From: the human T2T-CHM13v2.0 reference genome, Homo sapiens
Strand: one strand, 5' to 3'
Assembly (NCBI RefSeq): GCF_009914755.1
Contig: NC_060942.1
Length of the DNA stretch: 64,000 bases
The notes under the pieces were generated by a model, which made no database searches, was not told where the DNA came from, and was given only the letters and a program-made list of their open reading frames with translations. Shown one piece after another: positions 25,866-39,291 of this stretch (the stretch's first letter is position 1; each line of letters opens with the position of its first letter). Made by a program: the position numbers and the translations under genes.

Positions 25866-28009
25866 ACAATTTAGCTATATTCCAAATCCTAGTCATTTAA
25901 TTGCCAAAAGAGTTATAGTCAAATGAATCCAGGCAAGCAGGTAGTGTTTATTTTAATAAATATAGCGTTAAAATAAGAGGGATCTGAAATCTGGGAAAAA
26001 TTTTTGAGCTTGAAGAAGAAGCAGGATACATCAAATAAATTAGCAAAGTAATCAGAATAAGCAAAGAAAATATTCTCAGATAAAGCAATACTCTGAAATT
26101 TAAAGGTAAACGGATTTTGAAGGTTTTTGGATAGTTATCAATATCTCATACTCCAGAAGGTCAATGACTGTAAGTATTTAGAGACCAATTAATTTGTCCT
26201 GTAATAGGTTGTTAGTAACAAAAAGAGATTAATTTAAATAATTTGAGCAATAAACCAGAGTTCAGTGAGTCAGAAATGAGGAAAAACAGACAAAGAATGC
26301 ATGCTTCTTTCTGAAGCAGCTTCAAGCAATGGAAAGGAATAGCATGAGAAGAGGCTGATATTGCTATTTTGACTTTCCTTTTAAATGAAGTGTTATTTAT
26401 ATGGGAATATTTTTTTCTGCTGTCAAATTGTTGTTTGCATATTTGTTTTTTATTTTTGAAGGTTTGTTCTTCATGGTGTAATAGTGTATAGCAATGATTC
26501 CTACATGCCCCAGGGACACCGGGAAGTAGATTCATTATATATTTCAAAGGTATAAGATTATATTTATATTTAATGTTATTGAATTTAGTATTATTGAGTT
26601 TATTCTTCACCTACGTTATACATGTCTGAATGACATTTCCAAATATTTCTTGGCTTAGAAAAGATATCTGTAATACTTTCAACCTTCTCCCTGTTAAAAA
26701 CTATTTACAGCTCCCACTGTTTCAGGAATAAGATAAAACTTCAAATATCCTATAAGCCTTTGTATAGTATAAGGAGGTTCCTGCCTTTCTCTCATGCCAG
26801 CTATCCTGGTCTCCCTCTCTGTCTGTCTCTCTGCCTTTTTTTTTTTTTTTTTTCCTTTAGCTCTTAAGCAAACCTTGCTCCTTCCTGTCATAGATGCCTT
26901 AAAGTTCCTTAGAGTGTTTGTCCTTTCAGACTTCTTTTCTTGGTTAACTCTCAGGGGCTGTTTTCGCTCATAGTTGTTTAATAGCCTTCTCAGCATCTAG
27001 AATCACTCTTGAAATCATTCCTCAAAGTGTAGAATATGTTAGCAGTGAAATTATAAAATAAACATGAATGTATAATTTAATATATTAAAAAAGCCAATTT
27101 TGATGAGGATCTGAAACTGCTATAATGTCTGTTATAAAAAAACTAAAGCTCTAAAATAATAAAAATCAAAATTGTACATGTCTCTACAATAATCGGAAAT
27201 TTAAAACAATCATATGAGAATATGCATGTAAGACAAAAATAATGATCTAAACGTTAACTTGTAAATAAAACTCTAGGTTATATTAAGTAAAAACAGATGT
27301 GAGGGGATCTTGGAGAGGGTAATTGGGAGATGGTGACAAAATGATTAATATAAACAAAAAATGCAATTGGAAAATTTTTTTCCCCAGCTTGAATTAATTC
27401 AGTGGTTGACTGTTCATTTAGGTAGGAATTGAGAGAATTGAACTCTTTATCCATTGTATTATACATCTTATATACGGTGCTCTCTATTTTAGCCATTATT
27501 TTTTGTACCTATTATTTTTGCTTATGGTCTTGGTGATTCTTTGTTTTGGTTTCATATTGCTAACATCTTTCCTTACCTCTTTTAGTGGGTTTATTACACC
27601 TGTTTTAAAATCTAGGTCCTTCTATGCTAACATGTTTGCTACTGGGTGGCATGTATAATCTATTTGTCATTTCATGTTTGTTTATTTGCTTAAGCTCCTA
27701 TTCCTTGGGTCTACTGGCTATTCTCGCAGTATATATTGTGGAGGGGCCAAAGACTAAAGGGTGATCTGCATCACCTTGAAATAATTCAAGGAAACATGAC
27801 TGAGTGAAATACAGGGTGGAAAGTCACAGCACAGATTTACTGTTATGTGGAATTTATCCTCCTCTTTTGTATCAACTCATTAAGCTACTGTTATGCTAGG
27901 CACATCAGCTTTGGAATTTCAGGAAGAAGCTGCATGGAAGGAAGCATTCTAGACTCTCATTTAGCAGCTATGGGAGTTTGGAGGGAGGGATGAGAAGAAA
28001 ACTCAAAGC

Positions 28010-28092
28010 TGATCACCTCTTGTTTCCTCTGCAACTCTTTGCCTAAGCATGATCACCTCTTGTTTCCTCTGCAACTCTTTGCCTAAGCATGA
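28010..28092. repeat. Perfect 40-bp tandem duplication
   Basis: TGATCACCTCTTGTTTCCTCTGCAACTCTTTGCCTAAGCA x2. Confidence 0.97.
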
Positions 28093-28248
28093 GTTTAAAC
28101 TACCCACATTTTTCTTCTATAGACACTATTCAAATGATCCTGGCCTTGCCAAAAGATTTGCAATAAAGGAACAAGTAACAATTTTTCTTTCTCAAAGCAA
28201 ATAACATGAGGAGCAAGAGAATTTAAACCATATTTTAAAAAAAATCTC

Positions 28249-28560
28249 AGCCGGGAGTGGTGTCTCAAACCTGTAATCCTATCACTTTGGGAAGCTGAAG
28301 CAGGCAGATTAGTTGAGGCCAGGATTTTGAGACAAGCCTGGCCAACATGCTGAAACCCCATATCTACCAAAAAATGCAAAAATTAGCCAGGCGTGGTGGT
28401 GCATGCCTGTAATCCCAGCTGTTCAGGTGGGTGAGGCATGAGAGTCTCTTGAATTTGGGAGACAGAGGTTGCAGTGAGCCAAGACCACGCCACTGCACAA
28501 CAGCCTGGGCAACAGAGCGAGACTCCTCTCAAAGAATAAATGAATGAAGAAAAAAAAAAA
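28249..28560 (+). mobile_element. Alu (AluSz/Jb-like)
   Basis: Full dimer with A-rich tail; flanking AAATCTC repeats. Confidence 0.92.
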
Positions 28561-29462
28561 GAGAGGAAATCTCTTCAAAGCCTTGCTTGCTACCTTTTTA
28601 GATTCTAAGATTTTCTTCAGAGATTTCTCTTCAGTTGGTCTTTGGGGAAGTTACCTGCATCCTGGACAAATTTACTCTCTTGTAAATTTCTTTCCCACCC
28701 TTGAATTGTTGTGCCTGTATACTTCTTGGCAGCAATAGGCTCCAACATAATCAATTATGAGTAATTTTCAAAAATAAAATAGGGCAATCAGATCAATGGC
28801 AGGAAGAGTTATACAGAGACTTTTGTTCAAATAGGTTTTTTCGTTTGGCTTTGTCATTTTCGTAGTAGACAGTGGGACTTTCAAATCCTAGCTTACAGTA
28901 CAAAATCTTATTTTGGATGCAGAAATAGAACTGTCAAGGCCATATTGCAATATTAAATTAAGGAGTCCTTGTGTACATGTTGCCTGTTTAGGCTTCTGAG
29001 ATGTGGAGTGACTTGTATAAGGGCTATTTCTCAAAATGCTATTTGTAATTACTTTAACGTAAGAGAGAAGAACAATAACAAAATATTGGTCTTAGTTTGG
29101 GGGATTTTTGAAAAGAACAATATCATCATCTCTTTGTGAAATAAAATAGAAATCACATTGCATATCTTTAAATGTGTTCTTGAGTCTGTTTCCGTTTAGA
29201 AAGAATCAAAATACAGAACTTTCTCCTACACAGTGTACAATAGTTTTAATCTGAATCACAGAACACATTAATTCCTATGCAGTGATTATTTATATTTTCC
29301 CAAATTTTCTTAAGCATTTTTTGCAAGATAAAGCAATGTAGTTGGTACTATATGAGCTTCTATTTTTTTTGACTAAGTCTCAAAAGAAGATAAGCCAATG
29401 GAAATAGGTTTCCCTTTTTGATTTAATAACCATCTAACCATTGGGAATACTATTTACTCTAT

Positions 29463-30146
29463 AATAGTGATTCTCAAAATTTAAGGTATATCAGAATCAC
29501 TTGGAGGACTCATTAAAATACAGATGGCTGTGCTCCACCTCCGAAAGTTTCTGATTTAGTTGTAGATCAAGGTGGTACTGAGGTAGAAGTTAGGACTAGA
29601 CTCCAGACATGGGGCTTGAACACTGACCAAATTGAGGAGCAGCTAAAACAGGTCTGATGTGGAAAAACCTCCCCATAAGACAAAAGACTAGGGTCCGATG
29701 TCAGTTTACCATTGTCATGGTAACACCTGGAAGTTACTGCTCCTTTCCATACCAACAACCTGATAACCTGAAAGTTGTCACTATTATGCTATAAATTTCT
29801 GCATTAACTGCCCCTTAATTTGCATATAATTAAAAGTGGTTATAAATATGAGTGCAGAACTATCTCTGGGCTGCTACTCTGGGCACATTGCTTATGCGGT
29901 AGCCCTGTTCTGCAAGGAGCAGTGCCTCTGCTGCTGCTATGCACTGCCACTTCAAGAAAAGTTGCTGTTTAATACCATTGGCTCACACTCCAATTCTTTC
30001 CCAAGTGAAGCCAAGAACCCTCTTGGGCTAAGCCCCAACTTTGGAGCTTGCTTGTCCTGCATCAATACCTAAAAATTTGCAATTCTAAAAATCTCCCAGG
30101 TGATACTAATCTGCCAGTCTAGAGGCTGCCTCTTGAGCGCTACTGT
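29463..30146. mobile_element. MER5-family DNA transposon split by an LTR (29463-29578 and 30065-30146)
   Basis: AGTGATTCTCAAA..TATCAGAATCACTTGGAG left half; TTTGCAATTCTAA..CTCCCAGGTGATACT..TTGAG.GCTACTG right half. Confidence 0.8.
29579..30064 (+). mobile_element. ERV1 solo LTR (MER66/MER41-related)
   Basis: TGAGGTAG...CTGCATCA, 4-bp TSD GTAC/ATAC, CAGTTTACCATTG.CATGG.AAC..GGAAGTTAC motif, TATA at ~29841. Confidence 0.8.
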
Positions 30147-31126
30147 TCTGTAGAAAAGTACATGTGGAATAATCTCTGTGAGGCCTCTGATTCCTGGTCA
30201 AAGGGTGGGATGGTTTTACTATCTCTCTTTCTAATTCAGAAGATGAATTATAGCTTGACCACCATTATTATTCTCACAAAAAATAGCAGTCCAGCAACAT
30301 TCAAATCTCATTCTAACAAAGTCCTTTCACCTCAGAACTATTGCCATGCACATCAATCCTGAGGCAGAAGGCCTTGGCTTTGAGAATATTTTGACTTAGT
30401 CCAGTAATGAAACAGTAGATAAAGGATGCTCTATTAGGCTGTTTCCTTCTTTTCCTTATTCACTGACTTCACATAAATAAATTAAATAAATTAATAAATT
30501 AGAATGTTTAGAGATTTTGAAATAAAATATATTTCAACATTTTTCATTACTTTTAGACTTATTTACTTTTGCCAAATTAAAGAAAACATCAATCATTGAA
30601 AATTCTTAACGTGTATTTCTTTCCAAACAAAATTTGTTTTGTTTTATTTCTTTTCGGATAAAGGAAGGGAAATGCAATTTTTGAATCGAAAAATTATATA
30701 TTCATAAGACTTTTTTTTGCTTTGATAGCTCAAGTGATTCTAGCTAAATTGTTAAATAAAAGGACACAGTGAACAGATATCATCAGTTACTATTTTTTTT
30801 CCACCAAGTAAAAGCATTGTCTCTTCTTCAGATCTTTCTAGGGTAAAGGTAACTGAGAGACAGTAATGTTACCCCTGACATTATCTACATATGGACCTTA
30901 CACTTCTAAAATGAATTCAGAGCCCATTTAGGAATCGTAAGATACTCTCAGAATAGCCAAAGACTACAGAATATAAATCACTTTATTCCTTATTCTTCAT
31001 AATTATAATTTATATAAAAACTGCTTTTAAAACTCTCTGTAACTTTGATGAATGAAGAATATTATAAAGATTATCTTGTTTGATTTTTCAGGTAAAATTT
31101 ATGGCTTTTTTTCCTGCATTTTCTGT

Positions 31127-31257
31127 GTGTATTAGTCTGTTCAGGCTGCACTAGAAAATATCACTAAAAAAAAATGCTGTATCTCCAAATGCAGTCACAT
31201 GAGGAGTTAGAACTCCAGCATATTAAGTTTTTACCAACACAACTCAGCCCATAACAA
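31127..31257 (-). mobile_element. Internally deleted MLT1 LTR (both termini only)
   Basis: TGTATTAGTCTGTTCAGGCTGC ... TCTCCAAATGCAGTCACAT ... CAGCCCATAACA. Confidence 0.7.
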
Positions 31258-32189
31258 TATTATAACTACATAACATATTTTGGAATAAAAATATTTTAAA
31301 AGATTGTTTAATATATAAAAAGTTCAATAATGCACTTACATTTTGCTTTCTAAGTGAGATGAATGTCTTTTTTTTAAAAAAAAAAATCTTTTCTTACCTT
31401 GAATGTGCAATTTTTTCCACAGGTTAAATTCTAAATACCACATCATATTACAAGTTAGGAAAAAGCATTTTCACACAGAAAACAATGGATTTTAAGAAAG
31501 CTTGGAGCCCACGCTAGTTTCAAAATATATCTAACCTCTGATATATAGGGCTGAAATAATAGCCCTATGACAATCAAACCATTAAAGATAAAAATATTTC
31601 TTGAGTAAAATGTATTCATAGATCTGCCTTGGATTACTAAGAACCCAAAGCTTTGTCAACCACATATCTATATGCTTTTCTGCAAGTTATTGAATCTCAC
31701 TGAGTTTCATTAATTCCTTTAATTCATGTTTTAAAAGAATAAAGGAAAGAAAGAAAATAAAAGAAGAAAGAGAGAGAGAAATAATGCAAACCTTAAGCAC
31801 AGGATTGTTTTAAAGAATAAAATTATAAATCAAGGACTATCTCTCTCTTTTGTTTTCTATCTTATTCCCAACCTCATAAACAGAGTTAAGCAAGTAGTAG
31901 GTGTGCAAAATATATATTTAGAGATTTCATTAATAAAAACATTCTTCAAATTAATATACATTTATGGTCAAAAAAATTAAACAAAGAAGTGTTTATAATG
32001 AAAATCAAGAGTCTCTTGCACCATCCTATTAAATTCCTGGTTTGACCCTCAGAAACCATTACATTTATTTTTAGCAGTTCTTTTAGGTAGAGTCCTTCAT
32101 ATGTCTAAATAATATGCTTTTACTGTTTTTTAAAATTATAATTTTGAACTAATTTTACTGGTTTTCTGCTATAATGATGAGGTTAGGGC

Positions 32190-32430
<241 letters not shown>

Positions 32431-32872
32431 TGAGTCACTGTTCTTCCTTACTTTGAAAAGCGTCTTCTAATTCTTTCTTTTCTTCAAAATGAGATGTATA
32501 TCACCCATCTTCAAGTATCCTGACCTAATATTTCTATCTATTCTCCAATTTATCTTCTATCATTAATTGCAAATTTTTCAAAACGGTTATTTGTATTGAC
32601 ACTGTTTTATTCCTTCTGTATGATTAATTACCTGTCCTCATCTTACCTGACAATGCTACCACACTAATGTTTGCTGCCTGAGTCTTGAAACAGATACTTA
32701 TCTGCTCTTCCTTTCTCTTTTTACTTTAAATTATGTCATTCTCTCTAGGCATTTGAATTGCCTCACTACGTAGTCTCACTCAAAATATTTAGCTAGATTT
32801 TTCTCCATTTTCTAATCCAAAAATTGGGTATTGAATATTGGAATACCTCAGAGTTCAGTGCTTGAATCTCTT

Positions 32873-33203
32873 TGTCTGGTTAATTTGTGCTACTACAACA
32901 AAACAATGAGACTGGGTAATTTACACAGAACAGAAATTTGTTTTCTCACAGCTCTAGAGGCTGCAAAGTTCAAAGTGAAGGCACCAGCATCTGGTGATGG
33001 CCTTCTTGTGTCATCTTCACATGGCAGTAGGTGGAAGGGCAGCTAGGACAAGCTCCTTCTGTCAATTCTTCTTATAAAGGCACCTACTCCCTTCCATAGA
33101 AGAGGAGTCCTCATGGCCCTATCCCCTCTTAAAGACCCTACCCCTTACTGCTATCATATTGACAACACCTGAATTTTGGAGGGGAAGCATTCAGACCATA
33201 ACA
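32873..33203 (-). mobile_element. MLT1A/MSTD solo LTR inside an L2 fragment
   Basis: GAGACTGGGTAATTTA..AACAGAAATTT.TTTCTCACAG.TCTAGAGGCTG; ends CAGACCATAACA. Confidence 0.85.
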
Positions 33204-33339
33204 CCTTTTTTTTAATCTCTACCTACACTCACATCCTGTGTGATTTCATTGAATTTTGAAATTACCTATATGTTGTTATCACTTAAATACAACATGTCAA
33301 AGTCTGCACTTTCAATATCCATCTAAAACCTGTGGCTTA

Positions 33340-33638
33340 CAGGAGTAAGGTGGTATTTCATCTCCATTTCCCTGATAATTAGAGATGTTGAGCATTTTTT
33401 TGTGTGTTGGCCATTTGTGTATGTACTTTGAGAACTGTCTATTCATATCCTGTGCCCACTTTTTGATGGCATTATTTGTTTTTCTCTTCCTGATTTGTTT
33501 TAGTTCCTTGTAGATTCTGGATATTAGTTCTTGGTCAGATGCATAGTTTGTGAATATTTTCTCCCACTCTGTGGGTTGTCTGTGTACTCTGCTGAGTATT
33601 TCTTTTGCTGTGCAGAAGCTTTTTATTTTAATTAGGTT

Positions 33639-33681
<43 letters not shown>

Positions 33682-33878
33682 TTTCATGTGATTTTGGGTC
33701 CTTGGTCATGAACTCTGCCCAAACCAACGTCTAGAAGTGTTTTTCTGATGTTATCTTCTACAACTTTATGGTATAAGGTCTTAGACTTAAGTCTTTGATC
33801 CCTCTTGAGTTGATTTTTGTATAAGGTGAGAGATGTGGATCCAGTTTCATTCTTCTACACGTGGCTTGCCAATTATCC
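33340..33878 (-). mobile_element. L1PB ORF2 fragment with an (ATTT)n expansion at ~33637-33680
   Basis: GTTCCTTGTAGATTCTGGATATTAG, TTTCTCCCACTCTGTGGGTTGTCTG, GGATCCAGTTTCATTCTTCTACACGTGGCTTGCCAATTATCC. Confidence 0.88.
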
Positions 33879-33950
33879 ACTGCACTTTAGCCTCGGTGAC
33901 AGAGTGAGATCCTGCCTCAAACAAACAAACAAACAAACAAAAAAAAACAA
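33877..33950 (+). mobile_element. Alu 3' terminal fragment with (CAAA)n tail
   Basis: CCACTGCACTTTAGCCTCGGTGACAGAGTGAGATCCTGCCTCAAACAAAC. Confidence 0.85.
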
Positions 33951-35799
33951 GATTCAGTGCACAGGTATAATGCATATTTTGATGGTGAAATTAGTTAATT
34001 GTTGGTAAACACTTAGAACAGTGCTCACCACAAAGTAAATGGGTATTAAGTGTGCATTTTTGTGGCATTAACTGACAAATCTTCACTCTCATTCTAGATT
34101 TTGGTTTCTTTTAAAAGTCTCCATCATTTACCACTCTACTTCTGCTTTTCCCCACCAAATATTTGTTGAATCTAATTTTTGGTAGCCCCACTCTTACTCT
34201 TTTCATTGTTATGGGTTTATATTTCACCTATTAATTTAATTATTATTTTGCTTGCTTCTACAATGGGTATGTTAAAATCGATATGTGATCACCATCAGTA
34301 ACTAGAGTCTTCATTTATAAATGTGACTTTATTTACCTTAAATTTTGTTTTTATTTTTCTATCTTAAAGATATAAAAATCTAAATCACAGAGTGCTACAG
34401 TGATTTTTTTTCCTAAAGTCAACAAGTTAAAAGAAGTAAACTATGTAACTGAAAATTCTAAATGTTTCTGTATGACTCTATACAGAAGCCACTTTATGAC
34501 TAGTTATAAAAATAGGTAAAAAATAAAACTGGGATTTCTTTCTTCAGTTTTCTAAATGCTTGGAAACTTTTTAAGCACTGAAGACAGTTTGCATCAATGC
34601 ATAAATTGCGTAAGTCCAATTAGGAAAAAAAATAGAAACATTAGATTTGTCCAATCTACTAAATCATAGTCAACAACCACCGGTCAAAAAGGCTCTGTGC
34701 ATAAGTGTTGCGGTTGCCCTTTAAAGTCAAATAACACCAGTCAAAGAGAAAATAATAGCCATTTCTTTTTAATGCCTTGGCATTCATAACTTAAGGACTC
34801 TTTAGTTTGGAGGCCTCATTCTTTCTGGTATATAATTAAATACCTTAATGGTAAATCTTTCAGGATGTGTCATTAATCCTAGTTCTCTATAACAAAACTG
34901 CTGGCTGCCAGCAAACTTACTGTGGTAAATATACTGAACTCTCTGTCCAAGCTTCCTTCAAACCAATACTGATAGTTAGTCTCCAAATATAGCACTATTT
35001 TCCTAAGCGGGAAAGTGAGCTGTGGAAGCTGATCCTGTTCTACATTTGGCCCTGCACACAGTTTTCATTTTGAGCAAATAGAAAAATAGAAAATAAAAAA
35101 GCTGCTCAATAATCTGAATTTGGAGAGAACAACCTTTAGTGTTTCTGCCCAGCAGCACAGTATCCAAATGTCTTTCTTCAATATATTCCATATCAATAGG
35201 CTACTGTTCTAATAAAAGGCAACAGCAAAATTAAGTCAGTTCAGAATCCGTAAAATCAGCTTAATAAATGAGTGGGGTAATGCCTCCAACTATGTTTAAA
35301 TTAACTTGCCTGTTTCTAATTGGATTCAACTTATTTTAAACATGAGAATATTTGGTTTAAACTATTTAAACAGTTATATATGTATGAGATGGAATACAGC
35401 CATGCTTCAAAGACTATAAAATCAGATAAAAATTATAGTAAGTTTCATAAGTTTTTCAAAGGTTAAAAATGACTGGAAAGTTACATGTGAATAGGCAAAA
35501 CTGTAGAGAAAATAACTGGAATTCATAACTACCTTTAAATCAATAAAACAAAAATAATGAAGTGCTTACTTTTTTGCTTTTTCCATATGGAAAGCATTTT
35601 GGAAAGTTCCAAACAACAATATACAAAGTAAGAAAGCTCAGTGGGGCTAGATACACAGAGCTGGTATTAGAACATTAACAATTTATGCAGGAAAAGCATT
35701 GTCAAAGAATGTGCTACAAGCAACCTGTGTAATTAAAAACAAAACAAAAACAAACAAACAAAAAAACCCAAAAAACATTGATTCTATGAACAGACAAAA

Positions 35800-35990
35800 T
35801 TAGCTTTTAATCCCAGCTTAGCATTACATGGATATGTTACAACTAGGGAATTCGTTTAAATTCTTGGGACTTTAGTCTCCTCGCTTAGATATCACTAAGT
35901 GACAGAATGCTTGTGAGGATTTAATGAGAGAACATTTGTAAAACCCCCTACCATAATACCCAGAATAAATAATATTTTCAATGATCCAAT
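35800..35990 (+). mobile_element. MIR SINE
   Basis: AATCCCAGCT..., TTAGTCTCCTC, GTGAGGATTTAATGAGAGAAC core. Confidence 0.6.
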
Positions 35991-36834
35991 AAGAATATTA
36001 GATTTTATTTTTATGTGTATCTACACATATATCCATGGTGGTAATATTTGTCTTGCTTGACCTTTCTAAACCTTCTAGTGCCTATACCAGTAAATGAGTT
36101 TTCAATTTTACTATTTATTATAAGGATTCAAAGGTCACAGACTCCAAGCAACCTTGATCATTGCTTGTTACATTTAGAATTAGTATGACTAAAATAGAAA
36201 TTTAAGTCCAACTATCACTAAACTTGATTTCAATCAAGAAATATTCAACAAATTCAATAAAGAATATTCTTTTCAATTTATTTCATGTGTTTAAATTTAC
36301 TTCCAACCTGTTTAAGCAGAAACAAAAACAAGGCAATGGAGCTTGTCTTGGTATCTTTTCGTAAGAAATAAAGGCCATTAACCAAACTTATGTGCATTAT
36401 GTTACTCAGGTCTCAAGACAATGTTTCTATTACTCATACAATGACAGTTTCTTTCAGGTCAATTTTTGGTACTGTAAGAAATTATATCATCCTCAGCTGA
36501 TATCTGGTGCATAGAGTGTCATATGTTTGCATTTCTAGTGTCATTTTTGTTTAATATATATGCTGTAAGATTAAAATAGATCTATGTATCTGTCACCTGG
36601 AAACTTGGCTGAGTCGGAGTTAATCATTATCCCTTTTAAGCAAAAGCAGGGCAGTAGCAAGAGCAGGAAGGTCATGCTATCTAGTGGCCAAGAAGTATAG
36701 GCAGATTTGCTGAGCTTCCTGCTTACCTGGAGCATGAACATAATGTAAAAAGCATTGCAGGAAACACTGACAGACCTACTAGGGTGGGAATTGCTTTGCA
36801 CACAAAACCAAATCTTAAAAACTAAAAACAATGT

Positions 36835-36894
36835 AAGTAGTCTCTCCTTATTCTAGGTTTCACTTCTCTTGGTTTCAGTTATCTGCAGTCAACT
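36835..36894. mobile_element. MER44/Tigger-type terminal fragment
   Basis: AGTAGTCTCTCCTTATTC..GGTTTCACTT..GGTTTCAGTTATCTGCAGTCAAC resembles the MER44 terminus. Confidence 0.6.
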
Positions 36895-37014
36895 TCTGCT
36901 GTAAAACTTGCCTTGGTCTCTCACTCTGCTTCATGCCCCTCAGTTAAGTTCTTTCTTCTGAGGAGACAAGAATTGAGATTGCTGCAGATCCACATGGATT
37001 TGCTGCTGGTAACA
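36895..37014 (+). mobile_element. 3' end (U5) fragment of an ERV1-type LTR
   Basis: AAACTTGCCTTGGTCTCTCACTCTGC ... GCTGCAGATCCACATGGATTTGCTGCTGGTAACA terminal. Confidence 0.6.
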
Positions 37015-38734
37015 CTACAGTCAACTCTAGCTCAACTTCCCACCAACGTTTTCAGTCAGATAATGTCCCAACAGAATGTCACAGGACTAAAATGCAAAGC
37101 AGATCACTCATTATGTAGCAAACAAAAATTGACAAATATACTGTCGTTTTTCTTTCTGCTACTTTTAACATTAGGGACATTGACTTCATTTTTAGGCCAC
37201 TATTATTAAAATCTGATCTGTCCATAGAAGCCTTATCCTTCCACATATTAAAGTGTTATAAGTGAAAAGGGTAGATTTCCAGTTTTTCTAAATAACCTTT
37301 CAGGTTTTGCTATTTGTCTTTTTTTTAATTTGTCCAGCTTACTTACGTGCCCTTCCCCTGGCTCGCTGCCTAGTTGCTGATGTCCACTGCAGTAGTCATT
37401 CTCAAAGGCATGGACACTCTATCTCTCTCAATAAATGTGTTAGTTTCTAGAGGATGAAGACAAGGGCCCCACACACCCAGCACAGTGCCAGAAAAATAAG
37501 AGAAACTTATGCATTTTTGATAAAATAATTCATAAACGGGCAAGTGAATGAATGTGTTAGCATATAAAATGCTATTTTCTTTTCAGCTAAAAATCAAATT
37601 CTATAGATCTCTTGATTTCATTCTTTCTTAACCTTGTGATTCCAATCGTTTCCCAAATCACTGGAAGAAACCCAAGATAATGTATTAAAAAACTGAATTA
37701 TAAGAGCCTTACCTTATTTCTCTTTTCTGTGTATTTCTTTTGCTAGGATTCATCCAATCTGAAGTGGCCCGTTGGCCAGGATTTTATTAAGCCACTTTAC
37801 CAATCTTTTATGTGACAGCTTAGGAAAAGTTTTTCATCACTACTAGGGTAAGAGAGCAACAAAATAATGGACTCTTCCTCAAGGCAGAGAGTAGTGCACT
37901 ACCTTGGGTATTGTGTGCACATATTACACTGACTTTACATTTTAAGCATCCAACATGGTAATTAGAGTAGTTTTATGAAAATTTCCTTTTTGCCATTCTT
38001 TTTGTGTTGCTACTGATCAATTTGAAATACACTGCTTGCATTTTAAATAGCTCTTCAAGTATGGATTAGACTTTTTTTTAAGTTTTAGATTTTCAAATCT
38101 TGTATTTTTGTAAACAATATCTAGCATTGGTACACACAGACCAGACCATCCAAATCAATTAAGTCCATAAGGAAAAGAGAATATTTCGTTTGTGAAAGAC
38201 TAAAAAGAACCATTCTGTGTTTCTCAATGTTTTCTAATGAAAGACATACAATACAGTATACACGAATTTGTGCCAATATAATGACTTTAGTTCATTAACC
38301 TGAGCTCTGGGCTATTATTACACATTCTTAAAGTGTCAGCTAACCTCCTCAAAAATACTTGACAGCAGAAAACTAGCTGTAAAAATTTAGAGTGAGAATT
38401 CATAACTGCATCAAGTATAGTTAAACACATTAAGCAATATATCATCAAGTGTTAAAAATAATGGAAATGAAATGGCACTTGTCAAAATAGGTTTTTAAAA
38501 GGATATTTTCTGAATTGCTTGTTTCAGGTTTTTTTTGTCATGTTCATAATAAAATGTAATTCAATAGATTTGGTCACTAAAATTAGTTTTCCACAGCATT
38601 GATGTGATCTGTTAAACATTTTCTAAGTTTGATGATAAATTTAGAAGCTCTAAAAACTTTTTTAGACATAATACTTTTAAATCATTTAATAAATGGCAAG
38701 GAAACTTGAATATTCATTTCTTTCCCATTCCTTT

Positions 38735-39291
38735 TGATCAAAATAGCCTGATCATTCCCTTGGGCCTGACTAAATTTTAGACAGGCTTTATTTTCTTCCC
38801 CCCGACTCTAGGCTCCTACCTCCCTTTTGTTGAGAGCATTTACTTTATAAAACTTATTATTACAAATCCTTTCTCGGCTCCTTTAAAATATAAAATAATC
38901 TGTTGCCCTTTTTACAATACAAGATTTTCTTTCTCATTTACTTGGAATCCATCCCCTTGAAATATAATAATCAAGAAAGAATCCCTGTCTTCCCATCCCT
39001 GTGGGAGGGTAGGAGCCTAATGTCATGAGTGGCAATAAGTAAACACAGATGGCCTAACCACACTGACCAAGATCCCCATAAACTCCTCCAGCACTTTTCC
39101 ATTTGTTCAACTCCAGGGCTTAAAAATCCATTTGTTCAACCCCAGGGCTTAAAAATCTTCCCATCTATTATTTCCATGAGAGTTGAGTTTAGTTAGTCTT
39201 CTCTGTTACAATAGTCTTGTCTCCTGTGGCAATGCTCTTAAATAAAATTTTTCTTCCCTATTAAACCTGTCCCATGCAATTGCTGTGTGAC
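38735..39291 (+). mobile_element. ERV1 solo LTR (MER67-like)
   Basis: GACTCTAGGC, AGAGCATTTACTTTA, TGTGGGAGGGTAGGAGCCTAA, AAACACAGATGGCCTAA, AATAAAA near 39241; ends TGACA. Confidence 0.7.

Noticed and set aside
26212-26610. 132-aa minus-strand ORF
   Set aside because: Low-complexity AT-driven composition, non-ATG start and no recognisable domain.
28010-28092. Direct repeats as a CRISPR-like array
   Set aside because: Two adjacent copies with no spacer, no cas genes, eukaryotic context.
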